A DNA stretch of 64,000 nucleotides from Planctomycetota bacterium (GTDB lineage Bacteria > Planctomycetota > UBA8108 > SXIK01), in NCBI GenBank assembly GCA_965223845.1, contig CBDCXR010000004.1, positions 7,712,001-7,776,000 of the forward strand. The letters run 5' to 3'. A model generated the notes under the pieces. That model was given only the letters and a program-made list of their open reading frames with translations, was not told the DNA's origin and ran no database searches. Each line of letters opens with the position of its first letter. The stretch's first letter is position 1. Shown piece after piece: positions 28,619-41,249 of this stretch. The position numbers and the translations under genes were made by a program.

Positions 28619-30553
28619 ATGTCGAAGATCATCGGAATCGATCTCGGAACGACGAACTCCGTCGTCGCCGTCATGGAGGGTTCGGAGCCGAACGTGATCC
28701 CGAATGCCGACGGGCAGCGCGTCACGCCGTCCGTCGTCGCGTTCACCGATAAGGGGCGACTCGTCGGGACGACGGCGAAGCGCCAGGGCGTCACGAATCC
28801 CGTGCGGACGATCTACTCGATCAAGCGCTTCATGGGGCGCCGGCACAACGAAGTCGAGTCGGACGAGCGACGCGTTCCGTACAAGCTGGTCGGAGCTAGC
28901 GATGACCTCGTGAAGGTCGAGATCGACGGGAAGGAACACACGCCGCCGCAGATCTCTGCGATGATCCTCGGCTACTTGAAGGAGGCGGCGGAAGCCTATC
29001 TCGGCACGAAGGTCGAGAAGGCCGTGATCACCGTCCCGGCCTACTTCAACGACGGTCAGCGCCAGGCCACGAAGGACGCGGGTGCGATCGCGGGACTTCA
29101 GGTCGAGCGGATCATCAACGAGCCGACCGCGGCCGCGCTCGCCTACGGACTCAAGGAGCGCCCGGCCGGATCGAAGATCGCGGTCTTCGACCTCGGCGGT
29201 GGTACCTTCGATGTTTCCATCCTCGAAGTCGACGAGGGCTTCTTTAAGGTGCTCTCGACGAACGGCGACACCCAGCTCGGTGGCGACGACTTCGACGAGG
29301 TCGTCCTCGACTACATCGCGGACGAATTCCGCAAGGAGCAGGGGATCGACCTCCGGCAGGATCATATGGCGCTCCAGCGGCTCAAGGAGGCGTCGGAGAA
29401 GGCCAAGTGCGAGCTCTCGAGCAAGGTGGCGACCGATGTCAACTTGCCGTTCATCACAGCGGATCAATCGGGACCGAAGCACCTCCAGATCGAAGTTTCG
29501 CGTGCGAAGTACGAGCAGCTGATCAAAGACACGCTCGAGCGCTGCCGTGAGCCGTGCGAACTCGCGCTCAAGGACGCGGGACTCAGTGCGGAACAGATCG
29601 ACGACGTCGTTCTCGTCGGCGGCTCGACGCGCGGTCCGCTCGTTCAGGCGCTCGTGAAGGAGATCTTCAAGCGCGATCCGAACCGTTCGGTCAACCCCGA
29701 CGAAGTCGTCGCGCTCGGTGCGGCCATCCAAGGCGGGATCCTCCAGGGCGACGAGACGCTTAAGGATGTTCTCCTCCTCGACGTGACTCCACTCTCTCTC
29801 GGTGTCGAGACCTACGGCGGCGTCATGACGCGGCTCATCGAGCGGAACACCACGATCCCGACGCAGAAATCGGAGACATTCACGACGGCGTCCGACAACC
29901 AAGCCGCGGTCGACATCAAGATCTGGCAGGGCGAACGCGAAATGGCGCAGGACAACCGGCTCCTCGGAACGTTCGTTCTCCAGGGGATCGCCCCGGCCCC
30001 GCGCGGCGTCCCGAAGATCGAGGTGACGTTCGATATCGATGCGAACGGAATCCTGAACGTGGGCGCGAAGGATCTCGGCACGGGCAAGGAGCAGTCGATC
30101 CGCATCGAGTCCTCGAGCGGCCTCAGCAAGGACGAAGTCGAGCGCATGCGCTCCGAGGCGGAGGCGAACGCCGAGAAGGACAAGGAAAAGCGCGAGGTGA
30201 TCGAGCTCAAGAACTCCTCGGAGCAGCTCGTCTATCAGATCGAGCAACAGCTCGGAGAGAACTCGGGCGCGATTCCCGACGATCTCCGGGCGAAGGTCGG
30301 CGTCGCGATCGATCGACTGAAGTCGGCGCGCGGCAGCGACGACGTAAACGGCATGCGTTCGGCGCAGACGGAGCTGAACGGGCTCCTGCAGGAGATCGGG
30401 AAGTCGGTCTACGAGAAGGCGGGCGCGGGTGCGGCGTCGGCTGGTGCTGCTGCGGACACCGAAGGTGAAAGCTCGAGCGCGGATGCGGGAACGCAAGGCA
30501 CGAGCGGCGACGACGAAAACGTGATCGACGCCGACTACGAGGTTAAGAACTGA
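28619..30553 (+). CDS. dnaK: Chaperone DnaK (Hsp70)
   Basis: [51 protein letters not shown]; GAAGGAGGT RBS. Confidence 0.98.
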   Translation: MSKIIGIDLGTTNSVVAVMEGSEPNVIPNADGQRVTPSVVAFTDKGRLVGTTAKRQGVTNPVRTIYSIKRFMGRRHNEVESDERRVPYKLVGASDDLVKVEIDGKEHTPPQISAMILGYLKEAAEAYLGTKVEKAVITVPAYFNDGQRQATKDAGAIAGLQVERIINEPTAAALAYGLKERPAGSKIAVFDLGGGTFDVSILEVDEGFFKVLSTNGDTQLGGDDFDEVVLDYIADEFRKEQGIDLRQDHMALQRLKEASEKAKCELSSKVATDVNLPFITADQSGPKHLQIEVSRAKYEQLIKDTLERCREPCELALKDAGLSAEQIDDVVLVGGSTRGPLVQALVKEIFKRDPNRSVNPDEVVALGAAIQGGILQGDETLKDVLLLDVTPLSLGVETYGGVMTRLIERNTTIPTQKSETFTTASDNQAAVDIKIWQGEREMAQDNRLLGTFVLQGIAPAPRGVPKIEVTFDIDANGILNVGAKDLGTGKEQSIRIESSSGLSKDEVERMRSEAEANAEKDKEKREVIELKNSSEQLVYQIEQQLGENSGAIPDDLRAKVGVAIDRLKSARGSDDVNGMRSAQTELNGLLQEIGKSVYEKAGAGAASAGAAADTEGESSSADAGTQGTSGDDENVIDADYEVKN

Positions 30554-31307
30554 CCCGATCGGGTTGAGGCTGACTTTCACACACCACGCGGCGCCGTTCG
30601 ATCCCCGTGATCGACCGGCGCCGCGTTTCGTAGGCACGGCACGACAAAACGCGCCGTCGCGGCGAGAGTGGAAGATGCGAAGGCGCGATCTCCGCATTAT
30701 CATCCCTATTGAATCGAGTTTCTCGCCGCTGCCACGCGGAGTTCGCCGCTGCGCGGTTCCGCGCGCCGGCAGCGCGTGAGGGCCTCGGAAAAAAGGGGGC
30801 GGTGCACACGGGAACGGCGATTGCCTTTGGATCCGGACCGTCCCCGCTCCGCCTCGACCGACCGCGATCCGTACGGTCTCAACGGCGCTCGTTCGCAGAA
30901 CGCGATGCGCTGGGGTTTCGTCCCGCGCGCCCGGGGCCGGGATCGCGCTCAGATCTGAACGTTGCAAGAGCGGCAAGCGAAACGGAAGCGAGCGTTCGCA
31001 CTAGGGCTTCGAGTCGTTCGCCGAGCGGAGCGTACCTACTGGCACGCGAGCATTCGCGGAACGGCCCGAAGGCAGCTGCGGCTGGCTGCTCGCCGACCGA
31101 AAGCGAATCTTGCCGCGAGGCTTTTGCCACGTTGGGGTCAAGTCGGAGTTCCTTCAGGTTCGATAACACACGTAGCCCGGCCTCCTCACCCAGTGGGGTG
31201 AGCGTAGAGGCGAGCCGCCGCGCGCGACGTAGGACCGAGCGCGACCCGCGCAACGCGGCGGGAAATCGAGGAGCGAGCGAGCCGGGCCCCCCAGGAGGTT
31301 TGCGCCG

Positions 31308-33356
<2,049 letters not shown>

Positions 33357-33407
33357 CGACGACCCTCGTCGCGCCTCCCTTAGTCGGACGGTGAAGAGAG
33401 GTCCCCA

Positions 33408-34511
33408 TTGGTTCAACGCATCGAGCCTGAAGTGAGGCGATTCAAGCGAATCGTCCGCGGCAAGGTGAAGGAGAACCTGAAGCGATACATCACGCGCGGC
33501 GAGATCATCGCGCGCGAAGGGGACAAGTTCGTGTCCGTTCCGCTGCCGCAGATCGAGCTCCCGCGCTTCCGATACGGCTCGGAGCAGATGGGGGGAGTCG
33601 GACAGGGCGAAGGCGAGGAGGGGCAGTCGCTCGCCGGACAGCCCGGGGACGGCCCCGGCCAGGCGGGGGATCTGCCCGGCGAACACATCCTCGAGGTCGA
33701 GGTCGGTCTCGAGGAGCTGGCGGAGATCCTCGGCGAGGAGCTCGAGCTCCCGCGGATCGAGCCGCGCGGCGACAAGACGCTCGAGACCGAGGCCGACCAC
33801 TACACCGGTGTCCATCGCGCCGGACCCGAAGCGCTTCGCCACTTCAAGCGGACGTACAAGGAAGCCCTCAAGCGTCAGATCGCCGCGGGGATCTACAACC
33901 CCGAGCGGCCAGTGATCATCCCGATCCACGAGGACCGGCGCTATCGCGGGTGGAAGAAGAAGGGCGTCCCGCAGTCGAGTGCGGTGATCGTCTACATGAT
34001 GGATGTCTCCGGCTCGATGGGAAACGAGCAGAAGGAAATCGTCCGGATCGAGAGCTTCTGGATCGACACCTGGCTCCGCTCGCAGTACCGCGATCTCGAG
34101 ACGCGCTACATCATCCACGACGCCGTCGCCCGCGAGGTCGACCGGCACACGTTCTTCCACATACGCGAATCGGGCGGTACCCGGATCTCATCCGCCTATC
34201 AGCTCTGTAAGGACATCATCGAGAAGGACTACGATCCCTCGGCGTGGAACATCTATCCCTTCCACTTCTCGGACGGCGACAACTGGGGCGGCGAGGACAC
34301 TCAGCTTTGCCTGAGCCTGCTCCGCGATCACCTCATCCCCGTCTCGAATCTCTTCTGCTACGGGCAGGTGAAGAGCGCGTACGGGAGCGGTCAGTTCCTC
34401 AAGGATCTTCGGGACGGGATTGAGGACGAAGAGCGGCTCGTCTACTCGGAGATCAACAGCCGCGAGGAGATCTACGCCTCCATCCAGTGCTTTCTGGGGA
34501 AGGGCCGATGA
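33408..34511 (+). CDS. yeaH: YeaH/YhbH (DUF444) vWA-like protein
   Basis: [32 protein letters not shown]; located between prkA and spoVR. Confidence 0.9.
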   Translation: MVQRIEPEVRRFKRIVRGKVKENLKRYITRGEIIAREGDKFVSVPLPQIELPRFRYGSEQMGGVGQGEGEEGQSLAGQPGDGPGQAGDLPGEHILEVEVGLEELAEILGEELELPRIEPRGDKTLETEADHYTGVHRAGPEALRHFKRTYKEALKRQIAAGIYNPERPVIIPIHEDRRYRGWKKKGVPQSSAVIVYMMDVSGSMGNEQKEIVRIESFWIDTWLRSQYRDLETRYIIHDAVAREVDRHTFFHIRESGGTRISSAYQLCKDIIEKDYDPSAWNIYPFHFSDGDNWGGEDTQLCLSLLRDHLIPVSNLFCYGQVKSAYGSGQFLKDLRDGIEDEERLVYSEINSREEIYASIQCFLGKGR

Positions 34512-35998
34512 CGACCGCACTCACGCCCGAGCTCTCGGAGATCGCGGCAGACGTCCGCGCCTACGCGACCGAGTACGGCCTCGACTTCTTCGAGGTCATC
34601 TTCGAGCTCCTCGACTACGACGAGCTGAACATGGTCGCGGCCTACGGCGGATTTCCGACGCGCTACCCACACTGGCGCTTCGGGATGGAGTACCAGGAAC
34701 TCAGCAAGAACTACGCGTACGGACTCGGAAAAATCTACGAGCTCGTCATCAACAACGACCCTTGCTACGCCTATCTCATGCGCTGCAACCACCTCGTCGA
34801 CCAGAAGATGGTGATGGCGCATGTCTACGGGCACTCCGACTTCTTCAAGTCGAACCTCTGGTTCGCGAAGACGAACCGAAAGATGATGGACGAGACCGCG
34901 AATCACGGGACGCGGATCCGTCGCTACGCCGAGCGCTTCGGCTACGAACGCGTCGAGGACTTCCTCGACTGTTGCCTGTCTCTCGAGAATCTCATCGACG
35001 CCCACTCGCCGTTCATTCGCCGGCGGCGCGACTTCACGGATGAGGATCTCGAGCACGCCCGCGAGACTCTCCAGCCGACTCGCCTGAAGGCGAAGTCGTA
35101 CATGGACAGCTACATCAACCCCGAGAGCTACCTCGAGCAGCAGCGCGAGCAGATCCAGAGCGAGCTCGAGCAGCTCGGCAAGTTCCCCGTCGAGCCCGAG
35201 AAGGATGTGCTCCTCTTCCTCCTCGAGAACGCGAAGCTCGAGCGCTGGCAGCGGGATGTTCTCTCGATCGTCCGAGAAGAGGCGTACTACTTCGCCCCGC
35301 AGGCGATGACGAAGATCATGAACGAGGGCTGGGCGAGCTACTGGCACTCGACGATCATGACCGAGCGCGCGGCGAGTTCCGCCGAGATCGTCGACTACGC
35401 CGACCGGCACTCCGGAACGATGGGGACGCGGCCCGGCGTTCTCAACCCGTACAAGGTCGGCCTCGAGCTGTTTCGCGACATTGAGAATCGCTGGAACAAG
35501 GGGCGATTCGGTCCCGAGTGGGACGATTGCACGGACGCGAACGAAAAAGCGCGCTGGGATCGCCAGCTCGGGCTCGGCCGTGAGAAAATCTTCGAGGTGC
35601 GACGCGTTCACAACGACATCACGTTCATCGACGAGTTCCTCACCGAGGAATTCGTCGCCGAGCACCAGCTCTTCACCTACAAGTTCGACAAGCAGAATCA
35701 GGAGTATCAGATCGATAGCCGTGACTTCCGCGCGGTGAAGGAGAAACTCCTGTTCAGCCTCTCGAACGCGGGGCATCCGCGCATCCGCGTCGAGGACGGC
35801 AATCACTCGAACCGCGGCGAGCTCTATCTCGTCCACTCCTACGAGGGGCTCCCGCTCCGCGTCGATCACGCGCGCGCGACGCTCGAAAATCTGTATCGCA
35901 TCTGGGGGCGACCGGTTCACCTCGAGACGGTCGTCGAGAAACGGCGAAAGGCGATGTCCTACGACGGCTCGCGGCACGACGAGACTCCGATCAAGTGA
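34508..35998 (+). CDS. spoVR: SpoVR (YcgB) family protein
   Basis: [46 protein letters not shown]; ATGA overlap with yeaH. Confidence 0.93.
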   Translation: MTTALTPELSEIAADVRAYATEYGLDFFEVIFELLDYDELNMVAAYGGFPTRYPHWRFGMEYQELSKNYAYGLGKIYELVINNDPCYAYLMRCNHLVDQKMVMAHVYGHSDFFKSNLWFAKTNRKMMDETANHGTRIRRYAERFGYERVEDFLDCCLSLENLIDAHSPFIRRRRDFTDEDLEHARETLQPTRLKAKSYMDSYINPESYLEQQREQIQSELEQLGKFPVEPEKDVLLFLLENAKLERWQRDVLSIVREEAYYFAPQAMTKIMNEGWASYWHSTIMTERAASSAEIVDYADRHSGTMGTRPGVLNPYKVGLELFRDIENRWNKGRFGPEWDDCTDANEKARWDRQLGLGREKIFEVRRVHNDITFIDEFLTEEFVAEHQLFTYKFDKQNQEYQIDSRDFRAVKEKLLFSLSNAGHPRIRVEDGNHSNRGELYLVHSYEGLPLRVDHARATLENLYRIWGRPVHLETVVEKRRKAMSYDGSRHDETPIK

Positions 35999-36014
35999 GT
36001 CCGCGGAGGAAGCC

Positions 36015-36743
36015 TTGACCGACGACGGACCGCCCCTGACCGCCGCAGGTTTTAGCGCCTCGGCCGCGACGCTCGCGCAAGCGATCACGCGTGTCCTCGG
36101 GTCGCCCGCAGACGCCGACGCGCTTCCGAACGAAGCGACCGGACTCCGCGTCGGCCTGATGGGACCACCGGGCGTCGGGAAGAGTAGCTTACTGCGCGAG
36201 CTGGCGAGAGAGTTACGCCGGCGCGACGAGCGAGTCGCGGTGCTCGCGTCGGATCCGGTGAGCCCGAAGACGGGCGGAGCGTATCTCGGCGATCGCGTGC
36301 GCTTCGCGGAGCTGGCTGAGGATCCGGACGTGTTCGTCCGGAGCATCGGCCACCGCGATGGACCGGGGCGTCCGACACGAGGCGTCGACGCCGCCGCACG
36401 AGTCCTTCACGCTGCGGGGTACGGCTGGGTGTTCTTCGAGACCGTCGGCATCGGGCAGACGGAGACCGCGGTCCTCGGCGACGTCGATGTGCGCGTTCTC
36501 GTCCTTTCCGCCGACTCCGGCGACGGCCAACAGATGCTGAAGGCCGGCTATCTCGAGACGGCCGATGTCTACGTCGTGAGCAAGAGCGATCGACCGACCG
36601 CGGCGGTTTGGGCGCGCGAGCTGAGCGAGATCGTCGGTGACCCGGCGGAGGGTGCTCCGGCGGTGTTCTGCGCGAGCGGACGAACGGGCGCCGGAGTCCC
36701 CGAGTTGATCGACCACCTGCGCGATCGCGTCGCCGGCGGGTGA
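36015..36743 (+). CDS. MeaB/ArgK family GTPase (short form)
   Basis: GPPGVGKS, DPVSP.TGGA.LGDRVR, ETVGIGQTE, SKSD. Confidence 0.85.
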   Translation: MTDDGPPLTAAGFSASAATLAQAITRVLGSPADADALPNEATGLRVGLMGPPGVGKSSLLRELARELRRRDERVAVLASDPVSPKTGGAYLGDRVRFAELAEDPDVFVRSIGHRDGPGRPTRGVDAAARVLHAAGYGWVFFETVGIGQTETAVLGDVDVRVLVLSADSGDGQQMLKAGYLETADVYVVSKSDRPTAAVWARELSEIVGDPAEGAPAVFCASGRTGAGVPELIDHLRDRVAGG

Positions 36744-36769
36744 GATCCGCACCGAGTGGTGAGAGTGAG

Positions 36770-38290
36770 ATGACCGAAGTGAAGAACGGACCGCGCGGCC
36801 GTGTCGATCGCGTGGTGGTCCCGATCGTTTCGCAGGACGGGCTCGGATCTCTGGGGCGAGTCGGCGAGCTCGCGGATGTGCGCGATCAGTTCGCTCCGGC
36901 CGCCAAGCGGGCGCTCAAGGCCGGCGTCTGCGATGCAGAGCGCTTCTCCGTACAGACATTCGTCCACGCGGCGCCGGCCCGGATCGGCTCGCTCTCGCTC
37001 GCCGGTCTCGGGTCCTTCGAGAAGCTGACTCCGGCAGTCCTTCGATCGGTCGCGGCCCAGGCGGCGCGTCGCGCTCGACGCGAGCGCTGCACGTCGGTCG
37101 GGATCCCGCTCGATTGCGCCGCGCTCACGCAGGCCGGCGAGTCGTGGGGGACCGCGGCCGTCGTCGAAGCACTCGCCGACGGTTGGCGTCACGGTAACTA
37201 CCGCGGCGGAGCCTACAAGAGCGACGGGAGAACGCAGAAGCGGAACCGCGAAGTCTCGCTCACGATGTACACGGGCGGGGTCTCGGCTCGCGGCTGCGCC
37301 GCCGCGGCGAAGCGCGGTGCCGCGATCGGCGACGCGGTGTCGTTCGCGCGGGAGATCGGTGACGCTCCGGCGAACAAGATGACTCCCGCTGCGCTCGCTC
37401 GTCGAGCCCGCGAGCTCGCGCGCAGCTCTCGCGTCACCGTAAAGATCGCCGGCGAGGCCGACATCCGGCGCCTCAAAATGGGCGCGCTCCTCGCGGTCGC
37501 GCAGGGAAGCGCGCTCCCGCCGCGGCTCATCGAGTGCCGGTACCGCCCCCGGACGCGAGCTTCGCGGCGCATCGTCCTCGTCGGAAAGGCGATCACCTTC
37601 GATTCGGGCGGGCTCTCGCTCAAGCCGGCGCGCGGGATGGAGGAGATGAAGTTCGATCTTTGTGGCGGCGCCGCCGTCCTCGGAGCGATGCGGGCGATCG
37701 CGAAGCTCGAGCCGAGGATCGAGGTCGTCGCGCTCGTTCCGGCGTGCGAGAACATGGTTTCAGGCAACTCGGTTCGCCCCGGCGACATCGTGACCAGCGC
37801 GTCGGGAAAGACGATCGAAGTGCTCAACACCGACGCCGAAGGGCGGCTGATCCTCGCCGACGCGCTCCACTACGCGAAGCGTTTCAAGCCGGACTGGGTC
37901 GTCGACATCGCGACGCTCACGGGGGCGGTCGTCGTCGCGCTCGGGAATCTCGTCAGCGGTCTCATCGCGAACGACGATGCACTGGCCGAGCGCGTCGCGG
38001 CGGCCGGAGAGGCGAGCGGAGACCGCGTTTGGCGCCTCCCCCTCTTCGACGAGGCGATCGAGGCGACTCGCGGCCAGTACGCCGACATTCGCAACTCCTG
38101 CGGCCGTCCGGCGGGGGCGATCACCGCGGGGGCGTTCCTGTCTCACTTCGCCGGCGAGGTGCCCTGGTGCCACCTCGACATCGCCGGTACTGGCTGGACG
38201 GATCGCGAGTCGCCCGGCGCCGGGCCGGGCGCGTCGGGCGTTGGGGTCCGGCTGCTCACGCGCCTCGTCGAGGACCTCGCGCGCGGCTGA
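36770..38290 (+). CDS. pepA: Leucyl aminopeptidase (M17)
   Basis: GKAITFDSGGLSLK, MKFDLCG, NTDAEGRLILADAL, ATLTGA, HLDIAG. Confidence 0.95.
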   Translation: MTEVKNGPRGRVDRVVVPIVSQDGLGSLGRVGELADVRDQFAPAAKRALKAGVCDAERFSVQTFVHAAPARIGSLSLAGLGSFEKLTPAVLRSVAAQAARRARRERCTSVGIPLDCAALTQAGESWGTAAVVEALADGWRHGNYRGGAYKSDGRTQKRNREVSLTMYTGGVSARGCAAAAKRGAAIGDAVSFAREIGDAPANKMTPAALARRARELARSSRVTVKIAGEADIRRLKMGALLAVAQGSALPPRLIECRYRPRTRASRRIVLVGKAITFDSGGLSLKPARGMEEMKFDLCGGAAVLGAMRAIAKLEPRIEVVALVPACENMVSGNSVRPGDIVTSASGKTIEVLNTDAEGRLILADALHYAKRFKPDWVVDIATLTGAVVVALGNLVSGLIANDDALAERVAAAGEASGDRVWRLPLFDEAIEATRGQYADIRNSCGRPAGAITAGAFLSHFAGEVPWCHLDIAGTGWTDRESPGAGPGASGVGVRLLTRLVEDLARG

Positions 38291-38333
38291 CGCGGTCGCC
38301 GTCTTCGCGTCCCGCCGGCCGGTCGATCGGAAA

Positions 38334-38361
38334 TAGACACGACCCCCGGGTTTGCTATAAT
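38334..38361 (+). promoter_or_regulatory. Sigma70-type promoter
   Basis: TAGACA-N16-TATAAT with an extended -10 TG. Confidence 0.55.
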
Positions 38362-38704
38362 CCGGGTTCGGCTCGTGTTAACCCGTAGTTCGAGAAGCCT
38401 TTGTGACGACTCTGGTCGTGTCCAAATCGGCGTCTCGTCGAGCGGCTTCGCCGGTCTTGTCGGTGGTCAGTACGCGCGCCGGTGGACTCCCTGCCGCGCT
38501 TTCCGAACCGCGCCGTCTTGGGGGTACGTCCATCTCTAACGTGCCGATTCGCGGTCGAGCGGCGATCGTCGCCGAGCGCGGTCGGTCGGTTGCTGCAAAG
38601 ATCCCATCCGGGGAACGCGATCGTGCCCGATTGTCGTCGGCCGGTTTCCGCCGGCTCCCCCGGTTTGCCGTTCGCGGCGAAGTGTCCACGGTAAGAGGTT
38701 CAGG

Positions 38705-40993
38705 ATGAGAATTGCCATCGAGTGGCGCGGCCGGTTCGCGCTTCTTCTCTGCGCGTCCGCATGTCTCGGCTCGACGCTCCTTTGCACGCCGGCTAACGCG
38801 CAGGCGCGTGAAGTGAAGGTGAAGCACATCGTCGTCTTGACGAAGGCCGAGATCGACACGATCCATAAAGAGCTCCTCGCTGGCGAGGTCGACCGAAAGG
38901 CGTTTTCGACGGCGGCGAAGAAGTACTCGAAAGATCCGGCGTCGAAGCGTCTCGGTGGGACTCTTCCCGAGTGGGTCAGTCCGACGCGCACCGGCTACGA
39001 CCCCGCGTTCAAGGATGCGGCGCTCAAGCTCGGCGTCGGTGATCTCTCCGAGCCGGTGAAGTCCGATTTCGGGTGGCATCTCATCTACGCCATCGAGGAG
39101 CGCGGCGGCGGGACGGCGACGACGGTCGTCACTCCCAGCGACGTCGCGGGGAACACCGGGACGACCGAAACGCCCGCGGGGGCCGGGACACCGAAGACGA
39201 CCGGCACATCGACGGTTGGACCGCAGAGTCTCGTACCCGCCGGGGCTGGATCGGACGGGACGGACACGACGACGAGCTCGCCCCAGACGACCGTCGAGGT
39301 TCTCGCCCCTCGGGAGCCGAAGAAGTTCGAGAACGCGAAGCGCTCGACGCGCCCGGCGAAGAAGCTCATCGTGTCGGTGTCGAGCTCGAAGGTCGGGAAC
39401 CGCGCGGCGCAGTACCGATTCAGTGATCGTCAGATGGCCGAGTTGAACGTCTCGATCAAGAACGGTGGATCCGAGGTGATTCAGTCGTTCGCGCCCGAAC
39501 TCGCGGTGCTCGGCTTCGACGTCACGGGACTCGGCGACTCCTTTCCGCTCCTCCCCGATTTTGCGTCGCTCGCCGAGCCGGCGAGCTTCTTCGTCGAGTT
39601 GAAGCCGTACGAGATCCGCGGCTACGAGTTCGCGCTCAACGAGTTCTACCCGGACCTCCGGGAGGGGCGCTATTCGGTCCGGTGGAACCGGACTACGTTC
39701 TTCACGAAGCTCGAGAGCCGGTTCCCGAAGGTGACGGAGCTCGCCGAGTACGCGACGATCAAGTCGGCCCTCCAAGCGAGCGGTGCGACGCAAGTCGACA
39801 ACATCGTTCGCGATGCCCTGGCGCGCCAGACGATGCGCGACGGCGGGCTGAACGTGAGTCTCTACGAATCGATCCGGAGCAACCGAGCGTATCTCGTCGA
39901 TCTCAAGCTGAGCGGCATCGAAGAGCCGATCCGCATCCAGCTCGACACTCGCAATCAGCTCAGCGCGGCACGACACTTCGCGAATCTGGTCGCCGACGGG
40001 TTCTACGACAACCTCGACTTCTTCGACGTCCGCGCCGGGGACTTCCTGCTCGGTGGAAGTCCGACGCCGAGCGGCAACGGCGTTCCGAACGTGCCGCTTC
40101 CGCGCGTAAGAAACGTAAACAACCTCTCCCACGTTCGCGGCACCGTCTCGTTCGTGAGCCGGCGAGTCCGCAAGGGGCCGATTCGCGGTGGCGAGATCGG
40201 AAGCGTCTTCTTTATCTGTCTCAAATCTCATCCCGAGTGGGACGCCGAGCACGTCCCGTTCGGAAAGGTCGTCTCTGGACTCGACCAGCTTTCGAAGCTG
40301 ATCGCCCGCACTCGCATCGAGTGGGTGAAGCTACTTCCGAGTGACGGTGACGCGTCCGCCATCGCCGCGAGTCCGGACGCGAGCTCACGCACGGCGGCCG
40401 GTGCTTCGACGCCGGGAGTGACCACCGGCAATCCCGAGGCGGTCATCAAAACAGCCAAGGGCGAGCTCACCGTAGAGCTGTTCGAAGACGACGCGCGAAA
40501 CACCGTAAACAACTTCGTCTCGCTCGCCGACGCGGGCTTCTACAACAAGCTTCGGGAGGGCGAAGGGAAGCAGACCTTCCACTTCCTTCTCAAGGACGAG
40601 GGCGGAAAGCCACTCGCGATTCAGGGCGGGAGTCCGACGAACGACTTCGAAGGCGGTCCCGGCTATACGGTCACCGGTGAGTCGAACGAGCACAAGCACA
40701 CGAAGGGCGCGCTCGCACTCGTCCGCGATTTCGACGAAGAGACCGGCGCTTTCGTGTCGGACAGCGGGGGAAGTCAGTTCCTCATCTGTCTCGACGATAT
40801 CCCGTACTACGACACGATGAAGCTCACGGTCTTCGGTCGTGTGACCCGCGGGCTGGAGGTGCTCGACAAGCTCGAGGAGGGCGACGCGATCGAATCGATC
40901 AATGTGACGAAGAAGCGGCCGAAATCGTCGTACACGGTGCGAAAGCACGTCCCGGGGGCACCCGTGGACCCGCACGCCGGTCACAATCACTGA
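38705..40993 (+). CDS. Exported peptidyl-prolyl isomerase: parvulin + Thr-rich linker + two cyclophilin-like domains
   Basis: Signal peptide; KHIVV..YSKD..GG.L..F..A..SEPVKSDFGWHLI (parvulin); two GFY..GGSP..G..F.ICL..FG.V..GL cyclophilin repeats. Confidence 0.85.
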   Translation: MRIAIEWRGRFALLLCASACLGSTLLCTPANAQAREVKVKHIVVLTKAEIDTIHKELLAGEVDRKAFSTAAKKYSKDPASKRLGGTLPEWVSPTRTGYDPAFKDAALKLGVGDLSEPVKSDFGWHLIYAIEERGGGTATTVVTPSDVAGNTGTTETPAGAGTPKTTGTSTVGPQSLVPAGAGSDGTDTTTSSPQTTVEVLAPREPKKFENAKRSTRPAKKLIVSVSSSKVGNRAAQYRFSDRQMAELNVSIKNGGSEVIQSFAPELAVLGFDVTGLGDSFPLLPDFASLAEPASFFVELKPYEIRGYEFALNEFYPDLREGRYSVRWNRTTFFTKLESRFPKVTELAEYATIKSALQASGATQVDNIVRDALARQTMRDGGLNVSLYESIRSNRAYLVDLKLSGIEEPIRIQLDTRNQLSAARHFANLVADGFYDNLDFFDVRAGDFLLGGSPTPSGNGVPNVPLPRVRNVNNLSHVRGTVSFVSRRVRKGPIRGGEIGSVFFICLKSHPEWDAEHVPFGKVVSGLDQLSKLIARTRIEWVKLLPSDGDASAIAASPDASSRTAAGASTPGVTTGNPEAVIKTAKGELTVELFEDDARNTVNNFVSLADAGFYNKLREGEGKQTFHFLLKDEGGKPLAIQGGSPTNDFEGGPGYTVTGESNEHKHTKGALALVRDFDEETGAFVSDSGGSQFLICLDDIPYYDTMKLTVFGRVTRGLEVLDKLEEGDAIESINVTKKRPKSSYTVRKHVPGAPVDPHAGHNH

Positions 40994-41249
40994 TCGACAA
41001 GCTCAGGCCCCAACGTCGCAAAGACTCCGCACCACGCGTTCCTTGCCGCCTGGGGGCCGATTTCACGGCGACCCTCGTCGCCTTACGAACCAACCGAGCC
41101 CGCGCGGTGCCGACGAGCGACCACGCGGGCTCGCGTTGTCTGTATCCTGAGTGCGGCCTTCGTGGAGCCCCCTCGTCGGCGCGGCGAAGCCGCCGCGCCG
41201 TTCCTCCCGGGCGGGCTCGCTTTCGTTTCGATTGCGGGAGGGATCCAGA

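Noticed and set aside
28376-30976. 866-aa antisense ORF over dnaK, and similar long antisense ORFs (7558-9210, 31749-34160, 54981-57989, 5111-6967)
   Set aside because: Shadow ORFs expected opposite real genes in high-GC DNA; no motifs, and the opposite strand carries clear family signatures
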